Source of the DNA: Euglena gracilis | Taxonomy: Eukaryota | Reading direction: 5' to 3' | Length of the DNA: 64,000 nt | Assembly: GCA_039621445.1 (NCBI GenBank) | Contig: CP154954.1 | Location: 36,441,703-36,505,702 of the forward strand | In this document: one piece after another, positions 33,682-45,293 of the stretch | Layout of the letters: each line of letters begins with the position of its first letter | Numbering within the stretch: the first letter of the stretch is position 1 | Made by a program: the position numbers and the translations under genes | Notes under the pieces: model-generated | What the model was told of the DNA's origin: nothing | Database searches by the model: none | The model's input: the letters and a program-made list of their open reading frames with translations, nothing else

Positions 33682-36491
33682 TTGGCAGACAGTGGTCAGA
33701 AAAACCCGAAGGACACCAAAGCCAAGGCAGCTGTCAAACCACAACGGCAAAGGCCATGGAGGCCCAAATCGCAGTTACACCAATACCTTGTTCAAGCTGG
33801 GCCATGGCGGCCAAAACAGCAAAGGCCATGGTGGCCGATGGAACAAAGGCCAGGGTGGCCAACATTACCAAGGCCAGGGTGGCCGATTCCACAAACAAAT
33901 GCCCAGTGGCAGGGGCAGGACAGGTCCACATCACCCCCCCCCAATCATTTCTTCATCAAAAACCCCATCAGGGGAAAAGGATTGGCCCCCAGAGGCCCCC
34001 CAAGATTTTCAATGGGCATGGCGCCCAAGATCAAAGAGAAGTCAATGGGGACATCAAGAAGGCCAGTGGGCCCAGAATTATCATCAAGGCCACTGGGGCC
34101 ATTGTCATTCTTATTGGGCTCAACACCATCCACAACAATTCAAGGCCACTGGGGCCATCAATTATCAGAAGGGGAAAAACCCCAGAAGCTAAAAGGCTGT
34201 CCCCCAGCAGGGGGTTTCAATGTACGGTGGCAGCCCCAGGAGGATGCCCCCAAAGGGGCAATAGAGGACAAGGGGGCAACCCCCCCTCAATATTCCTTAT
34301 CAATGCCCATGGCAGGGGCAAACCAAAACAAGGGGGAGACCCAACATGGGGCCCCTATGGTATGTCAATCGACAACGCCAATGACAAAGTGGAGGATCAG
34401 AGAGTCTGTGAGCAAAGCATGCACACCCCCCCAGCCACCTTCAGAGAATGCTCAATCCCTAGTGGCACCAGGGGTGCAATGTCCAACACCCCCCACCCAG
34501 CAACCCAAAAATCATCTAATTGGGAAAATAAATTCCATGGAGGAAAAATGGGGAGACACCCCCCTGTACCAGAGACTTCAGAAAAGTCTAAAATGGTGGT
34601 CAAAAAATGCCACCCCAGCAACATGTCAACTAATCCAAAATGGAATTCAACCCCCCTGGGTAAATCCCCCAAAATTGTCCACCCACCCAAAACCCAGAGC
34701 CAATCTGGACCTGAACCAGGCAGAAAAAATCCTCCTGGATTACGAAAAAACTGGGGCAGTGAAACGGGTTTGGGATTCAAAAACCCAACATTTGATCCCA
34801 TGGTTTTTAATTTCAAAACCAGAAGGGGGAACAACCAAGTGGAGAATGATCAGCGACTGCAGAGAAATAAATCTGCAGTTTCAAGTAAAACCTTTCAGGC
34901 TGGATCACATCCAGCACATTTTTCCAGTTTTGGGAAAAGGCCACTGGGCAGCCAAAATAGACCTAAAGGATGCCTATTTTCATATTCCAGTAAGTCCAGG
35001 CCTCAAACCATTTTTAAGGCATCAGGTGGGGGGGCAGACCTGGGAATTTCAAACAGGCTGCTTTGGGCTAAATATAATGCCCCAAATCTTCATGTCGGTA
35101 ATGAAAACATTCGAAAAGCTGTGGAGAAAAAGGGGCATCCAGGTGTATATTTACCTGGACGACATTTTGCTGGTGGCCCCCACCCAAAACACATTGCAAA
35201 ATTACCTGGACAGAGTTGTCAAAGATTTGCTGGATTCTGGGTTCAAAATAAATATAAAAAAGTCCACCCTCCAGCCCACCCAAGTGGTAACCCATCTGGG
35301 TTTTCAACTAAACTTCCAGGAAGGAAAGCTACAGGTGCCCCCCCAGAAAGTCAAAACCATAAAAAAGGAGCTGGGAAAAATCGTGAAAAAAGATTACATG
35401 TCAAAAAGGCAGTTGGCTGCCATTCTGGGCCAAATAAGATGCAATCTAATGGCCCTGCCCTTTTTAAGGGCTTTTACAGACACCCTGGCAAATTTTCTGG
35501 TGGCAAAGTCCACAGCCCCCTGGGACTCAAAACACCCCATTTCCCAGGAAATCAAAGCCCAATTAAGGGAAATAAAAATTCTGCTAGACACCTGGGGGGG
35601 CAGACCCTTCCCCCAAAATGCAACCAGAATGTAGCACTCAGACAGCAGCACCCATGCCTGGGGGGGGCTAGACATCCACACAGGAGAAATTGTGCAGGAA
35701 CTTTGGAGAAAAGACTACATTTTGCACATCAATGTAAAGGAGCTCAGTGCAGCAATCAGCACTGTGAAAAGTTTGAGCAAACCTGGAGAAACCGTTTCCT
35801 TGTCAGTGGACAACCAGGTAATTTATTTTTACCTAACAAAAGGTGGGGGCAGAAAGGACCCCTTCAACAAAATGCTAAGACCATTTTTCAAGTGGTGCAT
35901 GGAGCACCAAGTAAACCTCCAAGTCAACTGGGTGCCTTCAAAGGAATGCCTAGCAGACCCCATCAGCAGGTGGGAAATGGACAGGGGGGATTATTCTTTA
36001 GACCCCCAACTTTTTCAATGGCTGAGACAACAGTTCAAAGATTTCATAAATCTGGAAACAGATTTATTTGCCTCCCCGGCAACAAAAAACTGCCCAAATT
36101 TGTGGCCAGGTGGCCCCACTGGGAAGCAACAGCAGTAAATGCATTACAATGTCCACTGGACAGCATGGGGGATCTTTATGCAAACCCCCCCTGGTCAATA
36201 ATTCAAAAAATTTTACCCAGGTTGAAAATGTTTCCCCAGACCAAAGTTTTGATGGTCACCCCCTACTGGGATTCAGCCACCTGGTGGCCCCAATTAATAA
36301 AAATGAAAGTTCCAGGGACCCCCTGCCTGAAAATCACCCCCTACAAGGGCATGTTCACCAATTGCAAGGGGGAACAAATGCCACCCCCCAGGTGGCCCCT
36401 CCTTTGCATGATTTGCTCAGGCAAATTTTGTAAGGGAAACAAATTCAGGTTAAAACCATTGAAGATTTCCTGGGGAGAAACCCCAGTTTAA
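33682..36491 (+). pseudogene. DIRS RT - RNase H - N6-adenine methyltransferase (stop at 35632, frameshift near 36075)
   Basis: IDLKDAYFHI, FGL, YLDD, SDSS..WGG, HINVKELSA, VDN, DLFAS, YANPPW. Confidence 0.9.
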
Positions 36492-37600
36492 AGCGTTATC
36501 AGAGTGCCTTTGCACTTCTGTGGGTAATTTTGGAACAAATGGGGGTGCCCCCCCCTGAAGCCACCACAGACCAGGTGGCTGACGCTTTAATTCAATTATT
36601 CCAATTTTCCAAGGCCCAAGCCCGTAATGCCTATAGTGCAATGCTTTTGATTCCGGGGTTTGGTGGGCTGAGATTCCACACTCTGTTAACCCCCTACAAG
36701 AGGCTTTGGAACCAAAACTTGGAGAAGTATGGGGCATTTTGGGATCCCCTCCCAATCCTCCTGGGGCTGGCAAAGGCGCCTATGCCCACTGATATTTGTA
36801 CATTGCGTACACAACTGATTTTTTGTTCACGCATCCTCTGTTTATATCGATCCTCAGATTTGGCACAAGTCAAACGAACCACCAGTGTTTTGGGTAGGGC
36901 ACCCTACATCAAGATTAAGTGTAAAGGACAAAAATTTCACAAATGGGAACGGGGGGTGTCCATTCCCCAATGTCCCCAAATAAGTCCATTTCATTTAATG
37001 ATGTGCTATGTGGCTGCTACAGGTTTATTCGTCAGACCTGGGGGCCCCCTTCTGATTTCATTAAAACCCCCCTTCAGGGCCATAAGTGCAGACACCATTG
37101 CTTCTATCACAAAAGATTTCTTGGCCAAGCATGGGGTGACCCCCCAGGTGTGGGGGGCCCACTCCACCAGAGGAGCAGGAGTTGGTTTACTCAAAAAATT
37201 GGGCCTTTCTGCCCAAGAAGTTTGCGAAATTGGCCAGTGGAAGGGGGTGGAGGCTTTTACAGCCCATTATCAACGACTTGGTGCCCAAGGTGCCCTGGAA
37301 AATGCCCTGGCCCCCCTAATTTCAGTGCACAATCTGGCCTCACAAGGGCAAAGTGCGGAGCCCGAGGTGTCTCGTACTCCCTCGAGGCAAGCCGACCAGG
37401 GAGGAAGGGACACCGAGGGCGAAGCACAAAGACCTTGTGAGCCCGACCCCCCGACCCGTAAAAAAAAAATTTGTGTTCACAAGCCCTCGGTCAGAGAGTG
37501 GGGGCCAGGGGGGGGAGAGGGGGGACACCCCCCAGGGACAAGAAGCCACGTCGCCAAGTCGGAGCAGCATCGTCAGCCAACTCCGGCGAGGCGGCACTAA
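36434..37600 (+). CDS. DIRS tyrosine recombinase
   Basis: LYRSSDL (R), HSTR (HxxR), IGQW, HY (catalytic Tyr). Confidence 0.9.
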   Translation, partial: GKQIQVKTIEDFLGRNPSLKRYQSAFALLWVILEQMGVPPPEATTDQVADALIQLFQFSKAQARNAYSAMLLIPGFGGLRFHTLLTPYKRLWNQNLEKYGAFWDPLPILLGLAKAPMPTDICTLRTQLIFCSRILCLYRSSDLAQVKRTTSVLGRAPYIKIKCKGQKFHKWERGVSIPQCPQISPFHLMMCYVAATGLFVRPGGPLLISLKPPFRAISADTIASITKDFLAKHGVTPQVWGAHSTRGAGVGLLKKLGLSAQEVCEIGQWKGVEAFTAHYQRLGAQGALENALAPLISVHNLASQGQSAEPEVSRTPSRQADQGGRDTEGEAQRPCEPDPPTRKKKICVHKPSVREWGPGGGEGGHPPGTRSHVAKSEQHRQPTPARRH

Positions 37601-38263
37601 GCAGGGACTCCTAACCCAACGCACCCAAACAATCCAAACAACACCGCCGGCGAGCAAGGCATGGCCTCACAAGGTCTTTGTGCTTCGCCCTCGGTGTCCC
37701 TTCCTCCCTGGTCGGCTTGCCTCGAGGGAGTACGAGACCCCCGCGGGTCTGACGACCTGCTGGACTGCTGCCTTACCCCCCCACCCCAGGAAAGGGATCA
37801 CCCGAATCCTAGCAGAGTTGGCCCGACATGAAGACAATCAGAGCGAAACAACATCATTGATACAGCCTTTTGCAAGCAAACGCGCAAACGCTCCCGTCGA
37901 CTAAGAACGGGAGCTGAGAGGGCCAAATGGTCAGTCAACCGACCAGGCGCGGGTACTGGTTTTTGGAAAACAAACAAAGAAGACATTGCCCGCGATCAAC
38001 GGAGAAGGTTAGAAAAACTTCCAGCCGCCCTTCTGGCGGTTGGAAAAGCTTTACAAAGCTCCGATGGGGAGGGCCGGGCTGCCCCTGGCAGGCTGGACAA
38101 GTGGCTCAGCGTGTGCAGGGGAACGGTCTCGAAGGCAGGTCCTTTCTGAAGCCAGATGGCGCCGCAACTCCTCCCTTATTAAAGGGGTGACTGGCTTTTA
38201 CAGTTGGCTGAGTGGTTTTTTTTTGGTACAGCCAATGGCGGCGCAGGAATTTTTTCCCTTTTT

Positions 38264-38767
38264 TCGTACTCCCTTGAGGCAAGCCGAAAAGGGAGGAAGG
38301 GACACCGAGGGCGAAGCACAATGGCAAAGTGCGGAGCCCGAGGTGTCCAGAAAAAGGGAGACTTTTGAGAAGCCTAAGGTAAATTTGTGGCACATTTCTT
38401 TGGAAACCTCGTGCTCCTCACTTTTTCCTTGTCCCGCAAGGTCTTTGTGCTTCGCCCTCGGTGTCCCTTCCTCACTTGTTGGTTTACCGCGAGGGAGTGC
38501 GACTTGCTGAGCCCTTTTCTGCTGCCGTGCATGCCTGTTCCGAGAAGGAACGGAAGAGGAGCCTTTGGTGGAAGCGGCGCCTCGCCCGGGGCGAGGTGCA
38601 TCATCTCCACCATGGCCTTAACTGCCATTCCCCCCTTTAGAATTAAAAACAAACGCTGCTTTCCCTGGGTGTCCATTCCTCCCTGGCTTGTTTTTTTTTC
38701 AAACTCCCGCGCTCCCTCCAGGAAAACTGATGCCGAGGGCGAAGCGCAAAATGCCTTTCGAGGTGTC
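38264..38767. mobile_element. Cluster of three tiny DIRS-end derivatives (38264-38347 minus, 38403-38503 plus, 38703-38767 minus)
   Basis: Each is left-end and right-end sequence joined directly; the third is highly diverged. Confidence 0.6.
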
Positions 38768-40615
38768 CCTGCTTCTCTTTTTTGTAAGAAAAGAGAAAGG
38801 GGGGGGTGGACGACCCCCCGTCTTTAAAAAAAATTTTATTCGTTTTTTTTTTGGTCGCAAACCCCGCATGGGTTTTTTGGCGATTTTTCTTTGTCTGACC
38901 ATGCTCAAAAATGATGGGCAATTTTCAGGGTTGAGGAGGTCATTTTGGATTTGGGGATCGGATTTTCACCAACAAATCCCCAACTAATTAACTCCCCTTT
39001 GGCTGACCCACGAATCCAAGGGGATTCAGAAGCGATGGGGGGGGGGGACGGAGGGGAACCAGCGTGCACAACACGTCAATGAATTATGTCAAAAAGAGTT
39101 GGTTGGGCAAGGTTTACGCTCGCTCTAAGGGAAGGGAGTGAAACGATGCGGTGCAGCGGTGGTCAGAACCCTGAGCAAAGGAAAACACACACATATTTTC
39201 ATTCTGGGCCGGTTGCTGAAAACCTCTGGGCGTCCAAAACCTTGGTGGGGGGGTCTTATTTTGGTTGATTTCTTCACAAACCGGAAATTGCACCATGCAC
39301 ACAAATTGCAGTGAACCCCCCGGGGGGAGTCTCTAGCAGGGCAAGCCAGTGTAATTCTTTCCCCAGCGGCAGGCGCAATTGCTGGAAAATTTGTATCACA
39401 CCCCCAAAAGCCCGCCAAAAATGCCCCTTTTAGCAATTTTTGGATTTTTTGAACAAAATTAGTGGGGGACAAACCGTTAAAAACCCCATTTCCACCTCGG
39501 CGCACAGTGAAGGAGAAAAATTTATTCCAGCGGGGGGGGACCCCTGGACCCTCTCCCAAAAATAAAAACTGCGGCGAAACCGGCCGAACTTTGTAATCCT
39601 AATTTGCTCAAAGACCCCAGGCCTCAAGCTCAAGCCTCAAGCCTCAAGCCGGGAAGAAAAAAGCCACTAGCTTGACCCCCCCCCTGGCGGAGGGGGGGGC
39701 ACAAATAACACGCCGTCCTTTGTCATTTTTGTGCCCGAAAGAATCTAAAAGAAGAAAATTTCAGGGAAATTTTTCTCCCCGCTCAGCGCCACAGTTTTCA
39801 TTTAAGGGATTGGTATCTTGGGGGCTCTTGTTTCATCTTGGGAGGTCTTGGGGTGCAGTTTTACCTTCATCTGTTCCATTTTGTGATGCGAACTTTCCAA
39901 GGTGCGGTGTTGAAAACTGTGCTGGACATCGATCAGGGTGTACAGTGGGATACACTACTAACAGCTGTCACCGATGCCTGCTGAGCGTTCCGCCTTCCAT
40001 TCCGCTTACACACGTGCTGCAAGGCAGCCAGGCTCTAACGGGGGTGGCGCTGGGCCACTGAGTGATGGAAACGTATGCCGGGCAGCGCAGGTCAAGCAAG
40101 ATAGAAGTCCAGAAGTCCTCCGACCCCTCACGGCCCTGCGACATGGACCTCCCGCTGGTGGCCATCCCGGAGGACGGACAGCGTCGCCCCCTGGGGTCCC
40201 CGAAGGAAGTTGACCAGCTGCGCCGCCTCGCGCACGGGGTGGCCGGCGCACGCCGTGATGACGTCCCCCTCCTCCAGCCCCGCCTGGAACATGGTCCGTT
40301 GGAGGACGGCACAACGCGGAGCGGCGATGCAGGCTTCAACGCAGGACGAATCAAATCCACGTCCGCCTGTCTCCCCGTTCGTCTGCCATCTTCCAGTCCT
40401 GAGGACCCCCCAAACCTGCGATTCACTTCCCAAGCTGCTTAAGAGATCTCACCCGCCTTGTCGACTCTCCTGATCGTCTCCATGAAAATGGGCCAGATGG
40501 ATGTTCTCATACACGACAGGCACGCGCAAACAAACGCAAACAGGAGGGTCGGCACACCTTTTGGGCAACGGACGGCCGCTGGACGCGGGTCACAGCCAGC
40601 CCCGAGGGGGTGCTC

Positions 40616-41069
40616 TGGAGCAGGCTGTTGCTTAAAGACCCTGGGGGAGTCCTCTGGCTTGCCATTTTGCTAGACAACGGAAAAAATGGAGCTAGACCCC
40701 CCTCCCCCCTGGGGGGGGGGGGGGAAGGGTGTCCGAGGTCCCCCTGGCTGGGAAAAAAAGTTCCTCCAGCGCTGTGTGCCGAGGTGGACATGAGGTTTTT
40801 AGTGCATTTTTGGCCTATTTTGTTCCAAAAAAAAATCCCCCCAAAAGCCGAAAATGGGCATTTTTGGCCAGTGTTGGGGGTCCAAAAAAATTTTGGCGCT
40901 TCGCGCTGGTCATTGGAAAAAGAAAACATTTTTCCACTAGCCAGCCTTGCCAGACCCCGGCGGGGGGGTCTGCCAGGGTAGGGTTTCCATCAGCCAAATT
41001 TGGACAAGCTGCAGTCCAGCCCCCCCTCCCCCAGGAGGGTGCTGAGAACCCTCAAGCAGGAGCCTGCTC
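40616..41069 (-). other. Euglenid non-conventional intron (duplicate at 55589-56042)
   Basis: No GT donor; CAG at +4..+6, CTG at -8..-6, paired ends. Removal restores PLGLALQSTPSGLAVTRV of the PDZ domain. Confidence 0.8.
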
Positions 41070-43584
41070 TGGAGGGCCAACCCCAGCGGGCCCACCCTTG
41101 GCCGCGCGGTCGGCATCGCCGCGAGGGCATGCAGGAGGTCCCCCGCAGGGATGGGCGGATCCGGCAGGGGATGCCCCCCCCGTTCCGAACCCCCGCCCGC
41201 GTCCGCATACGTTGGGGTGTTGGGGGCCACTCGTCGGGTGTGCACTGCATGTCATCACTGCTCCCCGAATGACAACAAAGCGCAATGCCCACAAATGCCG
41301 CAAATGCCATCTCTGACCCTCATACAAATGCACCAGGGACGGCGTGGAGCAACCGAAGGGAGACGAAGAAATCAAATTGACTGTTTGGACAAGAAACCGA
41401 AGACAAAAAAACCAAGTAAGTCACTTGGATGGGGAGGGGCAGTTGATCAACCACTCAGTCAGTTAGCCCACTCTGGGGACAAAATGACTCTGGGGAACTG
41501 GGTTCAGAACGTCAGAAACGCTTTTCTGTTGGAACAACAATGACCGGTATCCTGCTGCAGCATTCTAAGTGATGCCGGGAATTCCAGTGGGAGAGAGGTT
41601 TGAGACGGGTCAGGCGCCCCTTCCCCCGCGTGCTCCCCGCCAGGCGTGAGCGCCTGCCGCAGCGCCTCCTCCTCCAGCAGCAGGCGGCGCTGGTCCGCCA
41701 CGCAGCGGAGGTCCGCCCTCAGGTCGTCCAGCGCGGCGGTGCGGTGCTGCAGCTCCGCGGCGAGGGCCCGGACCTCCGGCAGCGCGTCGGCGGGGGCCGG
41801 GCCGAACTGCCGCGCCCACCGTGAGGGGGGGGGTGGGTTGCTTGGGGCCCAGGCTTGGCCCAGCCAAAGCGGGCTGGCTTCGGTTTGGCGCCCACGGAAG
41901 AGTAAGCTCTTCTTGGGCATCCCACACCACGCTGGAGCTGGTTCTTCGACACAGGACCAGAACCGGGCAGACCTGCGCAATTTGCTGGGGGAGGGGCAGA
42001 TGACGAGCCTTAGGTGGATTATTCCCAGTTGGTGTGCATGTTCCTCGGAAAGAATTTGGATTTCAAGTGGACAAAAATGCGTAAGGGGGAGCAAGCCGAA
42101 AGCTTTTTTTGCTGCGGAGAGGGGGGAATGAAAATCTGTTGGCTGTGGTGTGCACAATATGTGAATTTGATGAAACCCTGGTTTCCCCAGCCTGGCAACA
42201 CCCCTGTCCCCTGGGCTCTGCAGTTCAGTGTTCAGCCCAGGGTGGGGGTGGCAGAGCCGGCAGGGGCGTAGGGGCGGAGGCGGCTCACCTCCTGCGCCAG
42301 CACGCAGATCTGCTCCTGGCGGCGGGTGTCGAAGGCGCGGACCACCTCCATCTCCGCCTCCAGGCGCTGGAGTTCCTGCGGCGGGGAGGTACTGTCCCAG
42401 TCTCCCCTTGCCGCATGGCGCTTGGGGACATCACCCGAAAAATACAGCAGGTGGATCCTTCCAACAATGTGTTTATTATTTGGTGGCTTTTTTGGGGGCA
42501 TATTGAGGGGGTACCAAGTTGCCCATGGACAATTAATTAACCTTCCAAATAACCAAATACAAAGCCCCCCCTCTGGGGAAGTGCCACAGCGCCAGCGGCG
42601 TGGGATGGACAGGAAAATTTCCCGAGATTTACCATTTTGTGAAGATTTCAGGAATTATTTCAGGCAATAATGAGCTTGGCAATGTTGGTATAAAAAATGG
42701 TGTGCAATATCGCTTAAAAATGGCAGAATTTGGGCAAAAAAAATGATTGCGAAATTCTTTTGGGAAACTCAAATGCGTTTGCCCCAGATATTTGATTTCC
42801 TGTCCAACTATAACCCCTCAAATATCAACCCCTCTGAGAGCTTTGAAATCCCGGGCTGATGCCGCTTTGTCTTCACCAGATTTTTACCAAGACCCTTGCC
42901 CTGGGGCCACATACACACACGCACACACATATGTATCCCCTCCCCACTTATCCCAGGCACAGCACCGTAAAAACACACACACACACACGCACACCTTGCA
43001 CAAAAAAAAATAAAAAAAAACAATGCACAAAACACAAAAAAAAAAAAAAAAAAAAAAAACAAGGGGAAACTGCAAACAACCACCAAATACAAACAACCCT
43101 TATGAGAGATGAAATTTTCATTCAAAAAATGTGCTTTGAACGGCCAAATTCTCGACATAAAGCAAACTACATATTACAACTCCACATATAAAAAACAACC
43201 CCAAACCCAAATATGTACAATAAACCCAAATGAGCGCTTTCATTCAGGGTGGGTACAGGAAAAATGATGTTTTGATGGTTTGACAATCAGGTGTATCTGT
43301 GTTGTGCTGTGCTGTGGTGCTCAAACCTGCACGTCCTCTTTGTCGACCATTCAACGCGGCGGTGTGACGGACACTCAGGCGAAAGCACGGACAGAGCACA
43401 CCTGTTCCTTCTCCGCCAGGTCCCTCTCCGTTGGGGCAATCGATCGCTCACCGTCCATCAGCACCCAGTCGGGCGATGGGCCACGAGGGGAAGCGGTGGC
43501 GGCAGGCGCCCCATCCAGAAACAGGCACACCTTGAATCCCTTGCTGGGTCTCGGAACCTCCAGCCGGCCACAGGGGGCGTCATT

Positions 43585-43585
<1 letters not shown>

Positions 43586-43664
<79 letters not shown>
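43586..43664. repeat. (CA)n microsatellite (duplicate at 58497-58561)
   Basis: Seen directly in the sequence. Confidence 0.95.
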
Positions 43665-43665
<1 letters not shown>

Positions 43666-43992
43666 GGGATGGGGAGCTGGGCGGGGGGCAGGAGGCGGGG
43701 CTGGCCAGCCCCGGCGTACTGGTAGACCCGCCTTACCGTCTGCACCGTCACCTGCTGCTGGATGGAGGTGGCCTCGCGGCCGCTGTGGCTCGCCGGGCTG
43801 GGGCTGGCGGAGGGGGAGGGGGGCGGCAGCGGGGCTGGCCCGGGGGCAGTCCGCGGCGGGCCTGGAAGGCGAATGTGAACTCCCCCGGGGGAACGACCCG
43901 ACTTTCTTTGCCGGGTCCCCTTTTGTTGGTTCTCGTCCGAGCGCCATCGGGGGGGGGGGGTGTCCCGCCGCAACGCACCACAACGCCACTGA

Positions 43993-45289
43993 CTTAGACG
44001 GCCGGGAATGCACTTTTCTTGTTGAGTCACAAAATTATGACAGTTTTAGTGAAAATGCGCATCCGCACATTTTGGACGCGGAGTGCGCAGGTGCGCATTT
44101 TGCATGGTTTGATGCCTCTTCCAGACTGGGAGTAAACACCATAAAAATGAGCTGTTTGGATATTACACGACCACAGGGACCATCCCCTTGTTTTCTGGTT
44201 CAACCACGTATTATGCTGTTTACAGCTGTTTCCCGACGACTGTTGTACAGTGCGTGGCTGGACTCACACTCGGCACACTCCACACGACATGCGGAACACG
44301 GGCGACGCACGCCAACCTGGACCTGGGTGTGCCACCTTGTGTTCACGGGTGCGTGCTGATGGCTCCTGGGGGCAGGGCCTGGTGAACCCGGGATGAGCAT
44401 GGGAGGGAACACCTTGCAGGCATGGAGACACAGCCCTCCCACGGTCAAAACAACAGGTGTATTACTGAGTGTCAAGGCCGAAGAATGCGCACCTGCGCAT
44501 TTTTTGGAAACCCCCAAAAATGCGCAGGTGCGCATTTTTTGGAATGGGCACAGCCTGTGGGAAGGGGGAATGCGCACACGAGCATTGATGTTGAAGGACA
44601 CACTGGGTACGGCCAGTTGTTTGCCTGCCTGGAATCCGAGCTGTGCACCGCTATGATGTGGTTTCAGGCTTGCAGAACATGGGTGTGTGAGGGGGAGATG
44701 AACCAACAGAATCACCCTGGGCAACCATGTCGTGGTACCAGACCGCACCCTGGAACGCCACACCTGCAGCGGCGTGGAAAACCCTGGGCTCGGCGACAGC
44801 AGGTGTCAAGGCACAAATTCATGTCCTTCAGTGATAGGGGAACTGCCCCCTGCAGTGCAAGTCATTGAGCAAATCAGAATGCGCACCCGCGCATTCCACT
44901 TCACCCGCTGCAGTCCAGTGCCCAGCCCAGCCTGCGCTGCTCTCATGAACGTGTGGAGCACGTAACAACACACAGGCAACGGTACCCCACCCAGCGGAGG
45001 TGGTGGGCCAGTTGGTGCCAGCGTTGTCTGACCCCACGCCCCAGAGCGTGCATGGCAGCACACAGCCAATGGTCGCACTGAACAACCTTACGTTGGGCTG
45101 CGGTACGAGGTGCAAGAAGCACTGTGCCCAACAATTAGGGTCAGCGCAGGGGGTTGTGTCTGGTACCACACACAGTGCTCACGGGGTTGGCACCTCGAGA
45201 GCGAAACACGCCTGTCACCACCTTCGGCATCATTCCCCCAAAACGGTCTGTAAACACAGAATTAATTCACAATCCAAATGGACTCAAAG
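43993..45289. mobile_element. Left part of the palindrome-rich TIR element, truncated by the duplication junction
   Basis: Matches 58893-60189. Confidence 0.85.
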
Positions 45290-45293
45290 GATA

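Larger units (their letters stand above)
33232..37738 (+). mobile_element. DIRS-1-like tyrosine-recombinase retrotransposon, copy 1
   Basis: Left ITR 33232-33361, right ITR plus extension 37573-37738, ICR 37335-37441 complementary to both outer ends, GAC at both termini. Confidence 0.93.
40128..43860 (-). pseudogene. Duplicated 3' exons of the coiled-coil/PDZ host gene
   Basis: Exons 40128-40283, 40558-40615, ~41070-41230, ~41600-41830, ~42289-42375 and from 43402. The upstream exons are absent from this copy. Confidence 0.65.
30328..45289. repeat. Tandem segmental duplication, copy 1 (~14.96 kb)
   Basis: Colinear and near-identical to 45294-60189. Confidence 0.95.

Noticed and set aside
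33522-36491. Independent 989-aa gene
   Set aside because: It is a chimera of DIRS reading frames created by indels (the overlap frame plus the MTase C-terminus).
43280-44359. His-Thr or Val-Cys repeat proteins
   Set aside because: These are translations of a (CA)n microsatellite.
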